64,000 nt of DNA from Clostridia bacterium (GTDB lineage: Bacteria > Bacillota > Clostridia > UBA1212 > DUPL01): NCBI GenBank assembly GCA_050951325.1, contig JBMNIW010000005.1, positions 224,001 to 288,000 of the forward strand, in the 5' to 3' direction. The notes under the pieces were generated by a model. The model worked only from the letters and a program-made list of their open reading frames with translations. It had not been told where the DNA came from and did not search any database. How positions within the stretch are numbered: position 1 is the first letter of the stretch; every line of letters begins with the position of its first letter. The translations under genes and the position numbers were made by a program. Shown piece by piece: positions 48,237-59,729 of this stretch.

Positions 48237-51200
48237 ATGAACTCAACTGTCAGAAGATTGTTTGTCGAAAAGAAAAAAGGTTTGGATGTGGAAGCACAAT
48301 TACTACTTAAAGACCTTAAATCAACTCTTGGTATTAAAAATCTCGATAATGTACGAATATTGAACAGGTATGATGTTGAATATTTGAACAATTCTGTTTT
48401 TGATGAAGCAAAAATTACAATATTCTCACAACGAAATGCAGATATTGTTTATGAAGAAGTGTTTGATGTCGGTGAAAATGACTATGTGTTTACCGTTGAA
48501 CTTCTTCCCGGACAATATGACCAAAAGGCTGATTCCTGCGAACAAAGTTTGAGAATTCTTGCACCACGTGACAACCCTATCGTTAAAACTGCAATAGTAT
48601 ACGTTCTAACCGGAAATCTTGAAAAAACCGACATAGATAAAATTAAAAAATATATTATCAACCCTCTGGATTCCAGAGAGGATTTATTACCAAAACCAGT
48701 ATCCCTTGATACGAAAACAAAATCTGCTTCAAGAATAGAGAAACTTGAAGGATTTATAGCTATGTCCGATGACAAGGTGGAAAAGCTTTACAACAAGCTT
48801 GGTCTTGCCATGTCTCTGGAAGATTTAGTTTATGTACGCAACTATTTCAGGGATACTGAAAGAAGAGATCCTACAATTACCGAAATCAGAGTCCTTGACA
48901 CATATTGGTCTGACCACTGCAGACACACCACATTCCATACAAAACTAGTTGAGGTGGACTTGCCTGAAAACAGCGTAATCAAGAAGACTTTTGAAGATTA
49001 CCTTATGGCAAGAAAAGATGTATATGGTGACAGGGAAGACAAAAAAGACATTAACCTGATGGATTTGGCCACCATTGGTATGAAATATCTAAAAAAGCAT
49101 GGTTATCTTGATGATCTGGACGAATCCGATGAAGTCAATGCATGCAGCATAAAAATAAAGGTGGATGTGGACGGCAAAGAGGAAGATTACCTCCTTATGT
49201 TTAAGAATGAAACCCACAACCATCCCACTGAAGTTGAACCTTTTGGTGGAGCTTCCACCTGTCTCGGTGGTGCCATAAGGGATCCTTTGTCAGGCAGATC
49301 TTATGTATATCAGGCCATGAGGATAACAGGCTGTTCGGATCCGACAGTGCCTGTTGAAGAGACAAGGGAAGGCAAACTGCCACAAAGAGTTATAACCACC
49401 ACTGCCGCACAAGGGTACAGTTCCTATGGCAATCAAATTGGAGTACCAGCCGGCTTCCTCAAGGAAATATATCACCCAGGTTACATTGCCAAAAGAATGG
49501 AACTTGGAGCAGTAATTGCTGCGGCTCCGCAAGAGAATGTTGTCAGGTCCAAGCCAGAGAAGGGAGATTTAATCATTCTCTTGGGAGGAAGGACTGGAAG
49601 AGATGGTATTGGTGGAGCAACCGGTTCATCTAAAGAACAGACTGTCGATGCAATTCAAACGCTTGGCTCAGAAGTGCAGAAAGGAAATCCTCCTCTTGAG
49701 AGAAACATAATGAGATTGTTTAGAAAGAAAGAGGTAAGTACCTTAATTAAGAAATGTAATGACTTTGGAGCAGGTGGAGTTTCTGTTGCAATAGGTGAGC
49801 TTGCTCCCTCTATTTCAATAAATCTTGATTTGGTTCCTTTGAAATATGATGGTCTTGATGGAACAGAGATTGCCATCAGCGAATCTCAAGAGAGAATGGC
49901 TGTTGTGGTAAGTGAAAATGATGCGGAGAAATTTATTCAGTACGCTAATGAGGAGAATCTGGAAGCTGTTGTTGTCGCAGAGATTACGGATACCGGAAGA
50001 TTGAAAATGTACTGGCGGGGCGATTTGATAGTTGATATCAGAAGAGACTTCCTTGATACAAACGGAGTTACTCAAAAGGCTTGCGCAAATGTTGAACCTT
50101 TTGATTTGTATATAGAAAAAAGGAACGCTGAAAGTATAAAGGATGAATGGGTAAAAAATCTAATGGATTTGAATAGCTGCAGTCAAAAGGGACTTGTGGA
50201 GATGTTTGACAGCACTGTTGGAGGAAATGCTGTGATTATGCCTCTTGGGGGAAAATATCAGCTCACACCGGCAGACGGAATGGTATCAAAAATTCCTGTT
50301 CTTAATGGAGAAACCAAAACCGGTTCCATAATGACTTTTGGATACGACCCTTATTTATCAGAAAAGAGTCCATTCCATGGAAGCATGTTTGCTGTCATAG
50401 ATTCACTTGCCAAGGTGACCAGTCTTGGTGGAGATTTCTCAAAAGCAAGACTTACATTCCAGGAATACTTTGAAAGACTCTATGATGTTCCAACAAAATG
50501 GGGAAAACCTCTTGCCGCTCTGCTGGGAGCTTTCCATGTACAAAAAGAGTTGAAAATCCCTTCAATTGGCGGAAAGGATTCCATGAGTGGAACCTTCATG
50601 GAAATTGACGTACCTCCAACACTTGTATCATTTGCGGTGTCGGTACTGGAGGATGTTGGTAAAGTAGTAACGCAGGAATTCAAAAAGGCAAACTCTAGAG
50701 TAATTCTTTACAAACTCCCTGTTAACGAAGAATTCATGCCTGATTTTGAAAGCTTGAAAAAGAACTATATGAAAATACACACGCTAGCAGATCAAGGCAG
50801 GATAAAAGCAGCCATGGCAGTCAGGTTTGGCGGGATTGCAGAAACAATATCCCTTATGTGCTTTGGCAACATGATTGGCTTTGATTTGAAAAACTTTGAC
50901 AATCTCTTTGATAAAATGTACGGTTCGATTATAATTGAGTTGGATGACAGTGCAAGCGATAAGGACCTTGAAGGCCTTGACTATATTGATTTGGGAACTA
51001 CTATTGAATACAAGGTAGTTAGACTGGGAGATGAAATTGTTTCACTAGACGAGCTTTTGGAAAACTGGAGAAAACCGCTTGACGATATTTTCCCTGAGAA
51101 GGCGTCGTTTGTGAATAATGATGTAAATATTCCCGAATACGATGAAAAGGATAGAACATATTCAAGTATAAAGGTTGCCAAACCAAAAGTGTTCATACCT

Positions 51201-51980
51201 TTGTTCCCTGGAACAAATGGTGAATATGAGACAATCAAGGCTTTTGAAGATGCTGGCGCTGTTGTAGAGACATTTGTTGTTAGAAACAGGTCAGGCAAAG
51301 AAATCGAAGAATCAATCAAAGTTATAAAGAGTATGATTGAAAATTCGCAGATTGTTGCACTGCCTGGAGGAAGTAGTGCTGGAGACGAACCTGAGGGAGC
51401 CGGCAAATTTATAGCGGCAGTATTCAGAAATCCATACATTAGAGAGAGCGTGGATGAGTTATTGGAAAATCGTGACGGTCTGATTCTTGGAATAGGCAAC
51501 GGATTCCAGGCTCTTGTTAGACTTGGACTGCTCCCTTATGGTACAATAAAGGAGCCTGATGAAAAAGATCCAATATTGACGCTTAATACGGTAGGCAGAC
51601 ATGTATCCGTGATTTCAGGAACAAAGGTTGTATCCACAAAGTCGCCTTGGCTTTGGAATACAAAAGCAGGAGATGTTTTTTACCTACCTGTTAGCTGTAA
51701 AGAAGGGCGTTTTCATGCGGATGAAGAGGCCATCAGGGTTTTGATTGAGAACAACCAGATAGCAACCCAATATGTTGACGAACTTGGAAATGTTACTATG
51801 GATCCTGAATGGAACAAGATTGGAAGCATGTACGCAATAGAAGGTATTACAAGTCCTGATGGAAGAATCCTTGGAAAGATGGCCCATTCTGAAAGAATAG
51901 GCAAAAATGTTTGTGTCAATGTTCCAGGACCTAAAGACCAGATGATATTCAGGTCCGGGGTTGAATATTATACAAAATAA
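48237..51980 (+). CDS. purL: Phosphoribosylformylglycinamidine synthase (large fused type)
   Basis: YWSDHCRH, KNETHNHPT, GRTGRDGIGG, DFGAGG, SESQERM, GGKDSMSG; C-terminal GATase domain (GIGNGFQ, HSER). Confidence 0.95.
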   Translation: MNSTVRRLFVEKKKGLDVEAQLLLKDLKSTLGIKNLDNVRILNRYDVEYLNNSVFDEAKITIFSQRNADIVYEEVFDVGENDYVFTVELLPGQYDQKADSCEQSLRILAPRDNPIVKTAIVYVLTGNLEKTDIDKIKKYIINPLDSREDLLPKPVSLDTKTKSASRIEKLEGFIAMSDDKVEKLYNKLGLAMSLEDLVYVRNYFRDTERRDPTITEIRVLDTYWSDHCRHTTFHTKLVEVDLPENSVIKKTFEDYLMARKDVYGDREDKKDINLMDLATIGMKYLKKHGYLDDLDESDEVNACSIKIKVDVDGKEEDYLLMFKNETHNHPTEVEPFGGASTCLGGAIRDPLSGRSYVYQAMRITGCSDPTVPVEETREGKLPQRVITTTAAQGYSSYGNQIGVPAGFLKEIYHPGYIAKRMELGAVIAAAPQENVVRSKPEKGDLIILLGGRTGRDGIGGATGSSKEQTVDAIQTLGSEVQKGNPPLERNIMRLFRKKEVSTLIKKCNDFGAGGVSVAIGELAPSISINLDLVPLKYDGLDGTEIAISESQERMAVVVSENDAEKFIQYANEENLEAVVVAEITDTGRLKMYWRGDLIVDIRRDFLDTNGVTQKACANVEPFDLYIEKRNAESIKDEWVKNLMDLNSCSQKGLVEMFDSTVGGNAVIMPLGGKYQLTPADGMVSKIPVLNGETKTGSIMTFGYDPYLSEKSPFHGSMFAVIDSLAKVTSLGGDFSKARLTFQEYFERLYDVPTKWGKPLAALLGAFHVQKELKIPSIGGKDSMSGTFMEIDVPPTLVSFAVSVLEDVGKVVTQEFKKANSRVILYKLPVNEEFMPDFESLKKNYMKIHTLADQGRIKAAMAVRFGGIAETISLMCFGNMIGFDLKNFDNLFDKMYGSIIIELDDSASDKDLEGLDYIDLGTTIEYKVVRLGDEIVSLDELLENWRKPLDDIFPEKASFVNNDVNIPEYDEKDRTYSSIKVAKPKVFIPLFPGTNGEYETIKAFEDAGAVVETFVVRNRSGKEIEESIKVIKSMIENSQIVALPGGSSAGDEPEGAGKFIAAVFRNPYIRESVDELLENRDGLILGIGNGFQALVRLGLLPYGTIKEPDEKDPILTLNTVGRHVSVISGTKVVSTKSPWLWNTKAGDVFYLPVSCKEGRFHADEEAIRVLIENNQIATQYVDELGNVTMDPEWNKIGSMYAIEGITSPDGRILGKMAHSERIGKNVCVNVPGPKDQMIFRSGVEYYTK

Positions 51981-51997
51981 TACAAGGGGGTTAACTT

Positions 51998-53728
51998 ATG
52001 AATGTAATGGATTTGTATAAGCAATGGAGTACAGGTATTTCGTTTGATTTGGAAACTAAAGCCGAGCTTTTAGCTATTAAAGACAATCCAGATGAGATCA
52101 GAGACCGGTTCTATAAAGAACTGGAGTTTGGAACCGCAGGGGTTCGAGGCTTGGTTGGCGCAGGCACTAACCGAATGAATGTCTATGTGGTTCGAAAACT
52201 CAGCAATGCCATAGCTCAGTATGTAATGAGCCTTGGTATCGAAAAACCGACCGTTATGATTGGTTATGATTCAAGAAACCACTCACTGGAATTTGCTAAA
52301 GAAGCTGCGGCGGTATTTGCAGGCAATGGCATAAAAGTCTACATGCACAGCGAATTATGTCCAGTACCTGCCATGTCGTACTCAATCAGATTGCTGAAAT
52401 GTACAATGGGCGTTTTAATAACGGCAAGTCATAATCCCAAGGAATACAACGGATACAAGGTGTTTGGTGCGGTGGGCTCACAACTGGCTCCGGATGATAT
52501 TGAGAAGATAAAAGAAATTTTGGACACTCTTACTGATTACAGCAAGATTCCAGGATTTGATTTCGAGTACTTTTCCAATAGAGGCAAAATTACCAAAATT
52601 GGAGTGAATATCAAAAACTCTTATCTAAAAACAGTAAGAAGGCTTGTCATTGACAGGAATGCTCTCAGCATCAATGCTCCAAAGTTGAAGTTGGTCTACA
52701 CTCCATTACATGGAGCAGGTATAAATTATGTTCCAAAGCTGTTAAAGAGGCTTGGTTTCAAAGAACTTTATACCGTAAAGGCTCAGATGACTCCTGATGG
52801 AAACTTCCCAACAGTAACGGTGCCCAATCCTGAAGATGGTTCAGTATACGAGCTGGCTATTCAATTGGCTGATGAAAAGGGGGCAGACCTGATTCTTGCC
52901 ACGGATCCAGATGCAGACAGGGCAGGAGCAGCCGTGAAGAATGAGAATGGCGAATACATCCTACTTAACGGAAACCAAATAGGCATCTTGCTTCTTGATT
53001 ATATTATCACAACCAGAAAGAATAAGAACACAATGCCAGAGAATCCGTTTGTAGTTTCTACTGTTGTGTCAACCCGTTTGACAGAAGCCATTTGCAAACA
53101 TCATGATATTGAGTACATCGATGTATTTACAGGATTCAAGTATATAGGTGGAGCAATTAACAAACATGAAGACGAAGGAGGCAAGAGCTTCCTGTTTGGT
53201 TTTGAGGAAAGCTACGGTTATCTGCCTGGCAGCTATGCAAGAGACAAGGATGGAATAGCTACATGTGTGCTTCTTGCGGAAGTTGCGGCATATTACAATG
53301 CAAAAGGCATGAATCTTTTGCAGGCATTGGATGAGATTTATGCAAAGTATGGCTATCATTATGAGACACAGGTATCTTTGGTATTCCAGGGAGAAACTGG
53401 ACTTGAGAAGTCCAAGGAGATCATGGCTCGATTGAGAGAAATGAAGAATCAGATTTCCGAAATGCCTGTTACCAACATGATTGACTACCTGGCCTCGAAG
53501 AAATATGTTTTTGGTGAAGAACCTGTTGTGGTGGATATTGAGTTTGACAAGGAAGATGTTCTATACTATAGTTTTGGTGACAATTGGGCTGTAGTAAGGC
53601 CATCAGGCACCGAACCAAAGATAAAGGTCTACTTCGGAGCCAAAGGCGAAGACATGGATGAGGCTAAAGAAAAAGCCGCAAAAATCAAAGAAAGCGTTAT
53701 GGCTACCATAAAGAAATTATATGAATAA
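51998..53728 (+). CDS. pgm: Phosphoglucomutase/phosphomannomutase
   Basis: FGTAG, TASHNP, DPDADR, FEESYG, RPSGTEPK. Confidence 0.9.
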   Translation: MNVMDLYKQWSTGISFDLETKAELLAIKDNPDEIRDRFYKELEFGTAGVRGLVGAGTNRMNVYVVRKLSNAIAQYVMSLGIEKPTVMIGYDSRNHSLEFAKEAAAVFAGNGIKVYMHSELCPVPAMSYSIRLLKCTMGVLITASHNPKEYNGYKVFGAVGSQLAPDDIEKIKEILDTLTDYSKIPGFDFEYFSNRGKITKIGVNIKNSYLKTVRRLVIDRNALSINAPKLKLVYTPLHGAGINYVPKLLKRLGFKELYTVKAQMTPDGNFPTVTVPNPEDGSVYELAIQLADEKGADLILATDPDADRAGAAVKNENGEYILLNGNQIGILLLDYIITTRKNKNTMPENPFVVSTVVSTRLTEAICKHHDIEYIDVFTGFKYIGGAINKHEDEGGKSFLFGFEESYGYLPGSYARDKDGIATCVLLAEVAAYYNAKGMNLLQALDEIYAKYGYHYETQVSLVFQGETGLEKSKEIMARLREMKNQISEMPVTNMIDYLASKKYVFGEEPVVVDIEFDKEDVLYYSFGDNWAVVRPSGTEPKIKVYFGAKGEDMDEAKEKAAKIKESVMATIKKLYE

Positions 53729-53747
53729 ATCAGAGGGTGATAAATAG

Positions 53748-56700
53748 ATGAAAAATGGTTTCGTACATTTACACGTGCATAGTGAGTACAGTCTTCTTGA
53801 CGGTGCATGCCGTATAAAAGACCTGGTACCTGCATGTAAGGAATTGGGCATGGATGCTATTGCACTTACTGATCATGGCGTAATGTACGGAACCATTGAT
53901 TTTTATGAAGAATGTAAAAAGCATGGTATAAAACCCATAATTGGATGTGAGGTTTATACTGCAAGGAGATCAAGATTTGACAAGGAAGGAAAGAATGACT
54001 CTGATTACGGTCATTTGGTTCTCCTTGCCGAAAACAACGAAGGTTACAAAAATCTCATAAAGCTCATATCTGTTGCCTTTACCGAAGGCTATTATTACAA
54101 ACCAAGAGTTGACATGGAATTGTTGAAAAAGCATTCCAAAGGACTCATATGCCTTTCTGCCTGCATTGGTGGAAGTGTACCCCAGTTGATTTTGAATGGT
54201 GAGTACGAAAGGGCGAAGAGTCTTGCTCTTGAGTATAATGATATCTTTGGGAAAGGCAATTTCTTTTTGGAGTTGCAGAGTAATGATATGGAAGAGCAGC
54301 TTGTTGTAAACCAGAGCCTCATAAAAATGTCCCAGGAAACCGGTATTCCACTGGTATGCACTAATGACGTACACTTCATACATAAGGAGGATGCCAGAAC
54401 CCAAGAGATACTTATCTGCATTCAAACCGGCAAGAGATTGAGTGATATGGACAGGCTTGTCTTTAATTCAGACAAGGTCTATTTGAGATCTCCAGAGGAA
54501 ATGCATAATCTTTTCAAAAATGTACCGGAAGCTCTATCCAACACCGTTGAAATTGCAAACCGCTGCAATGTGGAAATAGAGTTTGGCAGACCCGTTCTCC
54601 CGAATTTTGAAAAGCCTCAAAGGATATACTTCGGATGAGTATCTGGAAAAACTATGCATGGAAGGTGCATTGAAACGCTATGGCAGGATAAATGATGAAG
54701 TCAGGCAGAGGCTTGAGTATGAGCTTTCTGTTATTAAAAACATGGGTTATTCCGATTATTATCTGATTGTATGGGATTTTATCAAATACGCAAAAGACAA
54801 TGGAATCACCGTTGGTCCTGGAAGAGGATCCGGTGCCGGGAGTCTGGTTGCATATTGTCTTGGCATTACAAATATTGATTCACTCAAGTACAACCTTGCA
54901 TTTGAAAGGTTTCTTAACCCTGAAAGGATCAGTATGCCCGACTTTGATATTGATTTCTGCGACTCTAGGCGTAAGGAAGTCATTGACTACGTCATATCCA
55001 AATATGGCGAGGACAGGGTTGCACAGATTATTACATTTGGCACTATGGCTGCAAGAGGCTCTGTAAGGGATGTAGGCAGGGTTTTGGATATACCCTATGC
55101 AGAGGTGGATGCGATAGCAAAACTGATTCCATTTGCTCCTGGAATGACAATAAAGCAGGCATTGGACAAGTCTACTGAGTTGAGGAAAAGATACGAAGAA
55201 GATCCTGTAGTAAAGGATTTGCTTGACACTTCCATGAAACTTGAAGGTATGCCAAGGAATGTGTCTACTCATGCTGCAGGTGTTGTTCTTACAAAAGAAC
55301 CTGTTACGGACTATGTACCTGTTCAGCTTACACAGGACAGCAATACTGTTACACAGTTCTCCATGAATATGCTCGAGAAACTGGGACTATTGAAAGTAGA
55401 CTTTCTGGGTCTCAAAACCCTTACAGTTATAGATGATTCGGTCAATTTGATAAAAGAGATTCATGATTTAGACGTGGATTTTGATAATATGGAGATGGAT
55501 GACCCGAATGTTTATAAAACAATATGTGAAGGAAAAACTGCGGGTATTTTCCAGCTTGAAAGTCCCGGCATGACCAGTTTCATGATGGAGTTACAACCGG
55601 ACAAACTGGAAGACGTCATTGCGGGCATTTCACTTTACAGACCCGGACCCATGGATCAAATTCCAACATATATTGCAAACAAAAGGAATCCGGCTAAAAT
55701 TAAATACGATCACCCCATACTGGAAGATATTCTGGATGTTACCTACGGCTGTATGGTTTACCAGGAACAGGTAATGCAGATAGTAAGGGACATGGCTGGA
55801 TATACAATGGGGCAGTCGGATCTGGTTCGTCGTGCCATGGCAAAGAAAAAGCATGATGTCATGGAAAAGGAAAGAGAACATTTTGTTGACGGAGCATGTC
55901 AAAGAGGTGTAAGCAAGGAAGTTGCCAACAAAGTGTTTGACCAGATGACGGACTTTGCAAGCTATGCATTCAACAAGGCTCATGCTGCATGCTATGCCGT
56001 TGTGGCATATCAGACGGCATGGCTGAAGACATACTATCCAGTTATATTCATGGCATGTCTTCTTAACAGTTACATGGGAAGTCCTGAAAAAATCACCCAG
56101 TATATAGGTGAGTTAAGGCTTATGAATATTGAGGTTATTCCACCTGATATAAACAAGAGCAGGGCAGAGTTTACTGTAGTAGGAGATTCTATTCAATTCG
56201 GACTGATGGCAATAAAAAATGTTGGATTGAATGCAGTTGAGTCAATCGTCAGGGAAAGGGAGAGTAATGGAAAATTTACTTCCTTTGCAGATTTTGTCAT
56301 GCGCATTGGTCCGGAGGTTAACAAAAGATGTGTGGAAAGCCTTATTAAAGCGGGAGCTTTCGATTCTTTGGGAGTATACCGCTCTAAACTGCTTGCTGTT
56401 TATGAATCAGTCATGGATATGGCAAGCAATATTAAAAAGAAAAGGGTTGTAGGTCAATTATCCCTGTTTGATTTGACAGATGATTTGGCAGAAAGCGACA
56501 TGATTGAAGTGGATTATCCGGATATTAATGAGTTTGACAAGAACACTCTTCTCAGTATGGAAAAGGAGATGATGGGAATATACATATCCGGTCATCCTTT
56601 GTTTGATTATGAGGGAAGGCTCGCACTTATTAGAAACATAAAAACATCAGACCTGATGACAAACGAGGACAATACAAACCTCGAATCAGGTTTCCCTGAG

Positions 56701-57165
56701 AATGTTAAAGACAATATGAAAGTGACAATAGGTGGTATTGTAACGGATATTAAGAAAAAAACTACAAAAAACAATACCATAATGGCCTTTTGTACCATTG
56801 AGGACATGTATGGTCATGTAGAGCTGTTGGTTTTTCCAAAAATTTTGGAGAAATACAGCCAGTTTTTGTACAATGAATCCATAATTATTGTAAATGGCAG
56901 ACTGAGCCTGAGAGAAGATGAAAAACCCAATATAATTGTTGAACAAGTTACACCAATAGATGTATATCTGAGTGAGAAAACAAAAGCGTTGAGTTACAGA
57001 ACAAATACGAAGAATATAAATAGATTGCAAGCATTTGTCAAATACTTCAGTGGAAAAACTGAGGTAAACGTTTATGACGAAAAAACAAGCAAACTGCTTT
57101 TTAAAGGATTTATAAACGCAGACAGCAAAGTTATGAGTTATCTTGAAGAGATTCTTCGTTCTTGA
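53748..57165 (+). CDS. dnaE: DNA polymerase III alpha subunit DnaE, split by a 1-nt frameshift at ~54619
   Basis: PHP domain (HLHVHSEYSLLDG, TDHG) in 53748-54638; catalytic part (GPGRGSGAGS, MPDFDIDF, KVDFLGL, YAFNKAHA) in the next frame to 57165. Confidence 0.92.
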
Positions 57166-57287
57166 TTATTCCACAAAGAGTACGAAAACACAAATATTGT
57201 AATCGAGCGTATATTATTGTATAATATTATTTATGTTGCATATTTAGTATTGCCCTTTATTAAGTATCATGCATGGAGGAAAATAGT

Positions 57288-58259
57288 ATGGAAAACATAA
57301 AAAGAATAGGAGTACTTACATCAGGAGGAGATGCCCCAGGAATGAATGCTGCCATAAGAGCTGTGGTGCGTGCAGGAATATATCATGGTTTCCATGTATA
57401 CGGTATTAGAAAAGGATTTGAAGGACTCTTGGAAGGAGACATACATGAACTTAATTTAAGGTCCGTTTCCGATATTATGAGTCGTGGAGGGACATTCCTG
57501 CAGACATCAAGGAGTAAGGCCTTCAATACACCGGAAGGTGTTGAAAGAGGCTATCGCATGGCAAAAGTATTTAAACTCGATGCCCTTATTGTCATCGGAG
57601 GAGACGGTTCTTTCAGAGGTGCAAGAGATCTTGCAAGAGTAGGTCTGCCTATGATTGGAATACCCGCAACAATCGACAATGACATACACTGCACCGATTA
57701 TACAATTGGATTTGATACTGCATTGAATACTGTGAAGGATTCAATAGACAAGATTAAGGATACCGCCTTTTCCCATGAACGATGCAGCGTGGTAGAGGTT
57801 ATGGGAAGAGATGCAGGATACATTGCGCTATACTGCGCTATTGCAGACGGTGCTGAAGCATGCATACTTCCTGAAAAGGAGTTCAACATAGATGAAGATA
57901 TAATCAAGCCTATCCTTGGATGTAGAAACAGAGGAAAGCATCACTACATTGTAATTATTGCAGAAGGTGTTGGAGGCACATTGGAGATTGCTGAGCAAAT
58001 TAGACAGATAACAGGCATATCCACAACAACTACCATACTTGGACATCTGCAAAGAGGGGGAAGTCCAACTGTAAGGGACAGGGTTGCCGCAAGCCTGATG
58101 GGTGTTAAAGCCGTTGAGCTTTTGAAAAATTACGAAATTAACAAGATTGTTGCATTAAAAGGTAATGAATATGTTGCATATGATATAGAGGAAGCATTAA
58201 AAATGAGAAAGCATATTGATGAAAACATGATAGCAACAAGTAAAATGCTGTCACTATAG
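57288..58259 (+). CDS. pfkA: 6-phosphofructokinase (ATP-type signature)
   Basis: TSGGDAPGMN, GGDGS, TIDND, EVMGR, LGHLQRGG. Confidence 0.95.
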   Translation: MENIKRIGVLTSGGDAPGMNAAIRAVVRAGIYHGFHVYGIRKGFEGLLEGDIHELNLRSVSDIMSRGGTFLQTSRSKAFNTPEGVERGYRMAKVFKLDALIVIGGDGSFRGARDLARVGLPMIGIPATIDNDIHCTDYTIGFDTALNTVKDSIDKIKDTAFSHERCSVVEVMGRDAGYIALYCAIADGAEACILPEKEFNIDEDIIKPILGCRNRGKHHYIVIIAEGVGGTLEIAEQIRQITGISTTTTILGHLQRGGSPTVRDRVAASLMGVKAVELLKNYEINKIVALKGNEYVAYDIEEALKMRKHIDENMIATSKMLSL

Positions 58260-58270
58260 GAGATGATTTT

Positions 58271-58801
58271 GTGCTAAATATTCCAAATATTTTAACTTTG
58301 ATAAGGCTGATGCTTGTTCCTTTGTGTGCCATGTATTTGTACAAGGAACAGTTTTTAGCTGCCTTGATTATATATGTGGTTGCTAGCTTGACGGATATTG
58401 CAGACGGATATATAGCACGACGTTTTGACATTGTAACAAACTTTGGCAAGGTTGTAGATCCTTTGGCGGACAAATTGTTGTCGCTTTCAACAATTACCAT
58501 TCTTTCCTACAGGGGAAGGATTCACATACTTGTGCCAATACTTATTTTTGTAAAGGAACTACTAATAGGCCTTGGAGGTCTTCTATTATACAAGAAAAAA
58601 CATCTTGTCAAGAGTGCCAAATGGTATGGCAAAGCTACTACAGTACTTCTTTTCGTTTCTATAGTATTGGTCATGTTTAAAGCAACGCTGTTTGTAGGCA
58701 GGGTGTTCATGGTAGTTGCGCTTGGTTTTGCATACTTTGCACTATTTATGTATTTAAGGCAGTTTGTTGGAATAATGACCAGGGAAAAAGGAACAAGCTA
58801 A
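58271..58801 (+). CDS. CDP-alcohol phosphatidyltransferase (PgsA-like)
   Basis: PNILTLIR, TDIADGYIARR..IVTNFGKVVDPLADK. Confidence 0.88.
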   Translation: MLNIPNILTLIRLMLVPLCAMYLYKEQFLAALIIYVVASLTDIADGYIARRFDIVTNFGKVVDPLADKLLSLSTITILSYRGRIHILVPILIFVKELLIGLGGLLLYKKKHLVKSAKWYGKATTVLLFVSIVLVMFKATLFVGRVFMVVALGFAYFALFMYLRQFVGIMTREKGTS

Positions 58802-58814
58802 GGGGGAAATAGCC

Positions 58815-59729
58815 ATATTTGGATACGTTACACCATACAGACCTGAGCTTAAGATTAGGGAACACGACTGCTATAAAATGTACTATTGTGGTGTATGCAG
58901 GAGCATTGGAACGCACTTTGGCCAGATTCCCAGATTGGGTCTGACTAATGAAACCGGCATGCTAGCCATGATTCTGGATGCAGTGTGTAAATCGAATAAG
59001 AATGTTAAAACAATAAGGAAACCTTGTGTTGCTCACCCTCACAAAAAGACTTTATCTGTAACAAACAACGGCTGCGTGGACTATGCAGCCTTAGTTAATG
59101 TTTTGCTTGCATATCACAAACTGAAGGACAACTGGCTTGACGACAGAAATGTTCTTGCTCAGACAGGCTCATTAATGATGTTCAGAGCTTACAAAAAGGC
59201 TAAAAAGAAAAATCCCGAGCTGTCGGATACTATTCAAAAGCATTTGGACGAGCTGTCACAATTGGAAAAATCAAAGTGCTCATCCATAGACAGAGCAGCC
59301 GATCCTTTCTCAAGTTTGATGAGGATAATATTCACCAGTTACAACGCTCTTGATGAAAATAAATTTGCTCTTATGGGCAAGTTAGGATATAATATCGGGA
59401 AGTGGATTTATTTAATAGATGCACTGAATGATCTTGAAGCCGACATAAAAAAGGGAAGTTACAACTGTTTGGTATACAAGTACGAGTATCAGGATAATGA
59501 AAACATAGAAGAGTTCAAAGCTAAAGTGTCGGAGGATTTTAGATTTTCACTTGAGATGTGTCTTGCATCAATTTCCGAGGCATGGGAAGGCTTGAAAGAC
59601 GATTTAGATGACTTTACTATAACACAGGATGCAGAACATTTTTTAGATAATGTCTTTTATCTTGGGATGAGACAGAAAACAGATAATCACTTAAATGGCG
59701 GGATTAAGGGAGATGATGACAATGAATGA
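58815..59729 (+). CDS. DUF5685-like protein (start probably ATA at 58815; first ATG at 58878)
   Basis: FGYV.P..PELKIRE...YYCGVC, C.AHP, KLKDNWLD, GKWIYLIDALNDL. Confidence 0.7.
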   Translation: MFGYVTPYRPELKIREHDCYKMYYCGVCRSIGTHFGQIPRLGLTNETGMLAMILDAVCKSNKNVKTIRKPCVAHPHKKTLSVTNNGCVDYAALVNVLLAYHKLKDNWLDDRNVLAQTGSLMMFRAYKKAKKKNPELSDTIQKHLDELSQLEKSKCSSIDRAADPFSSLMRIIFTSYNALDENKFALMGKLGYNIGKWIYLIDALNDLEADIKKGSYNCLVYKYEYQDNENIEEFKAKVSEDFRFSLEMCLASISEAWEGLKDDLDDFTITQDAEHFLDNVFYLGMRQKTDNHLNGGIKGDDDNE

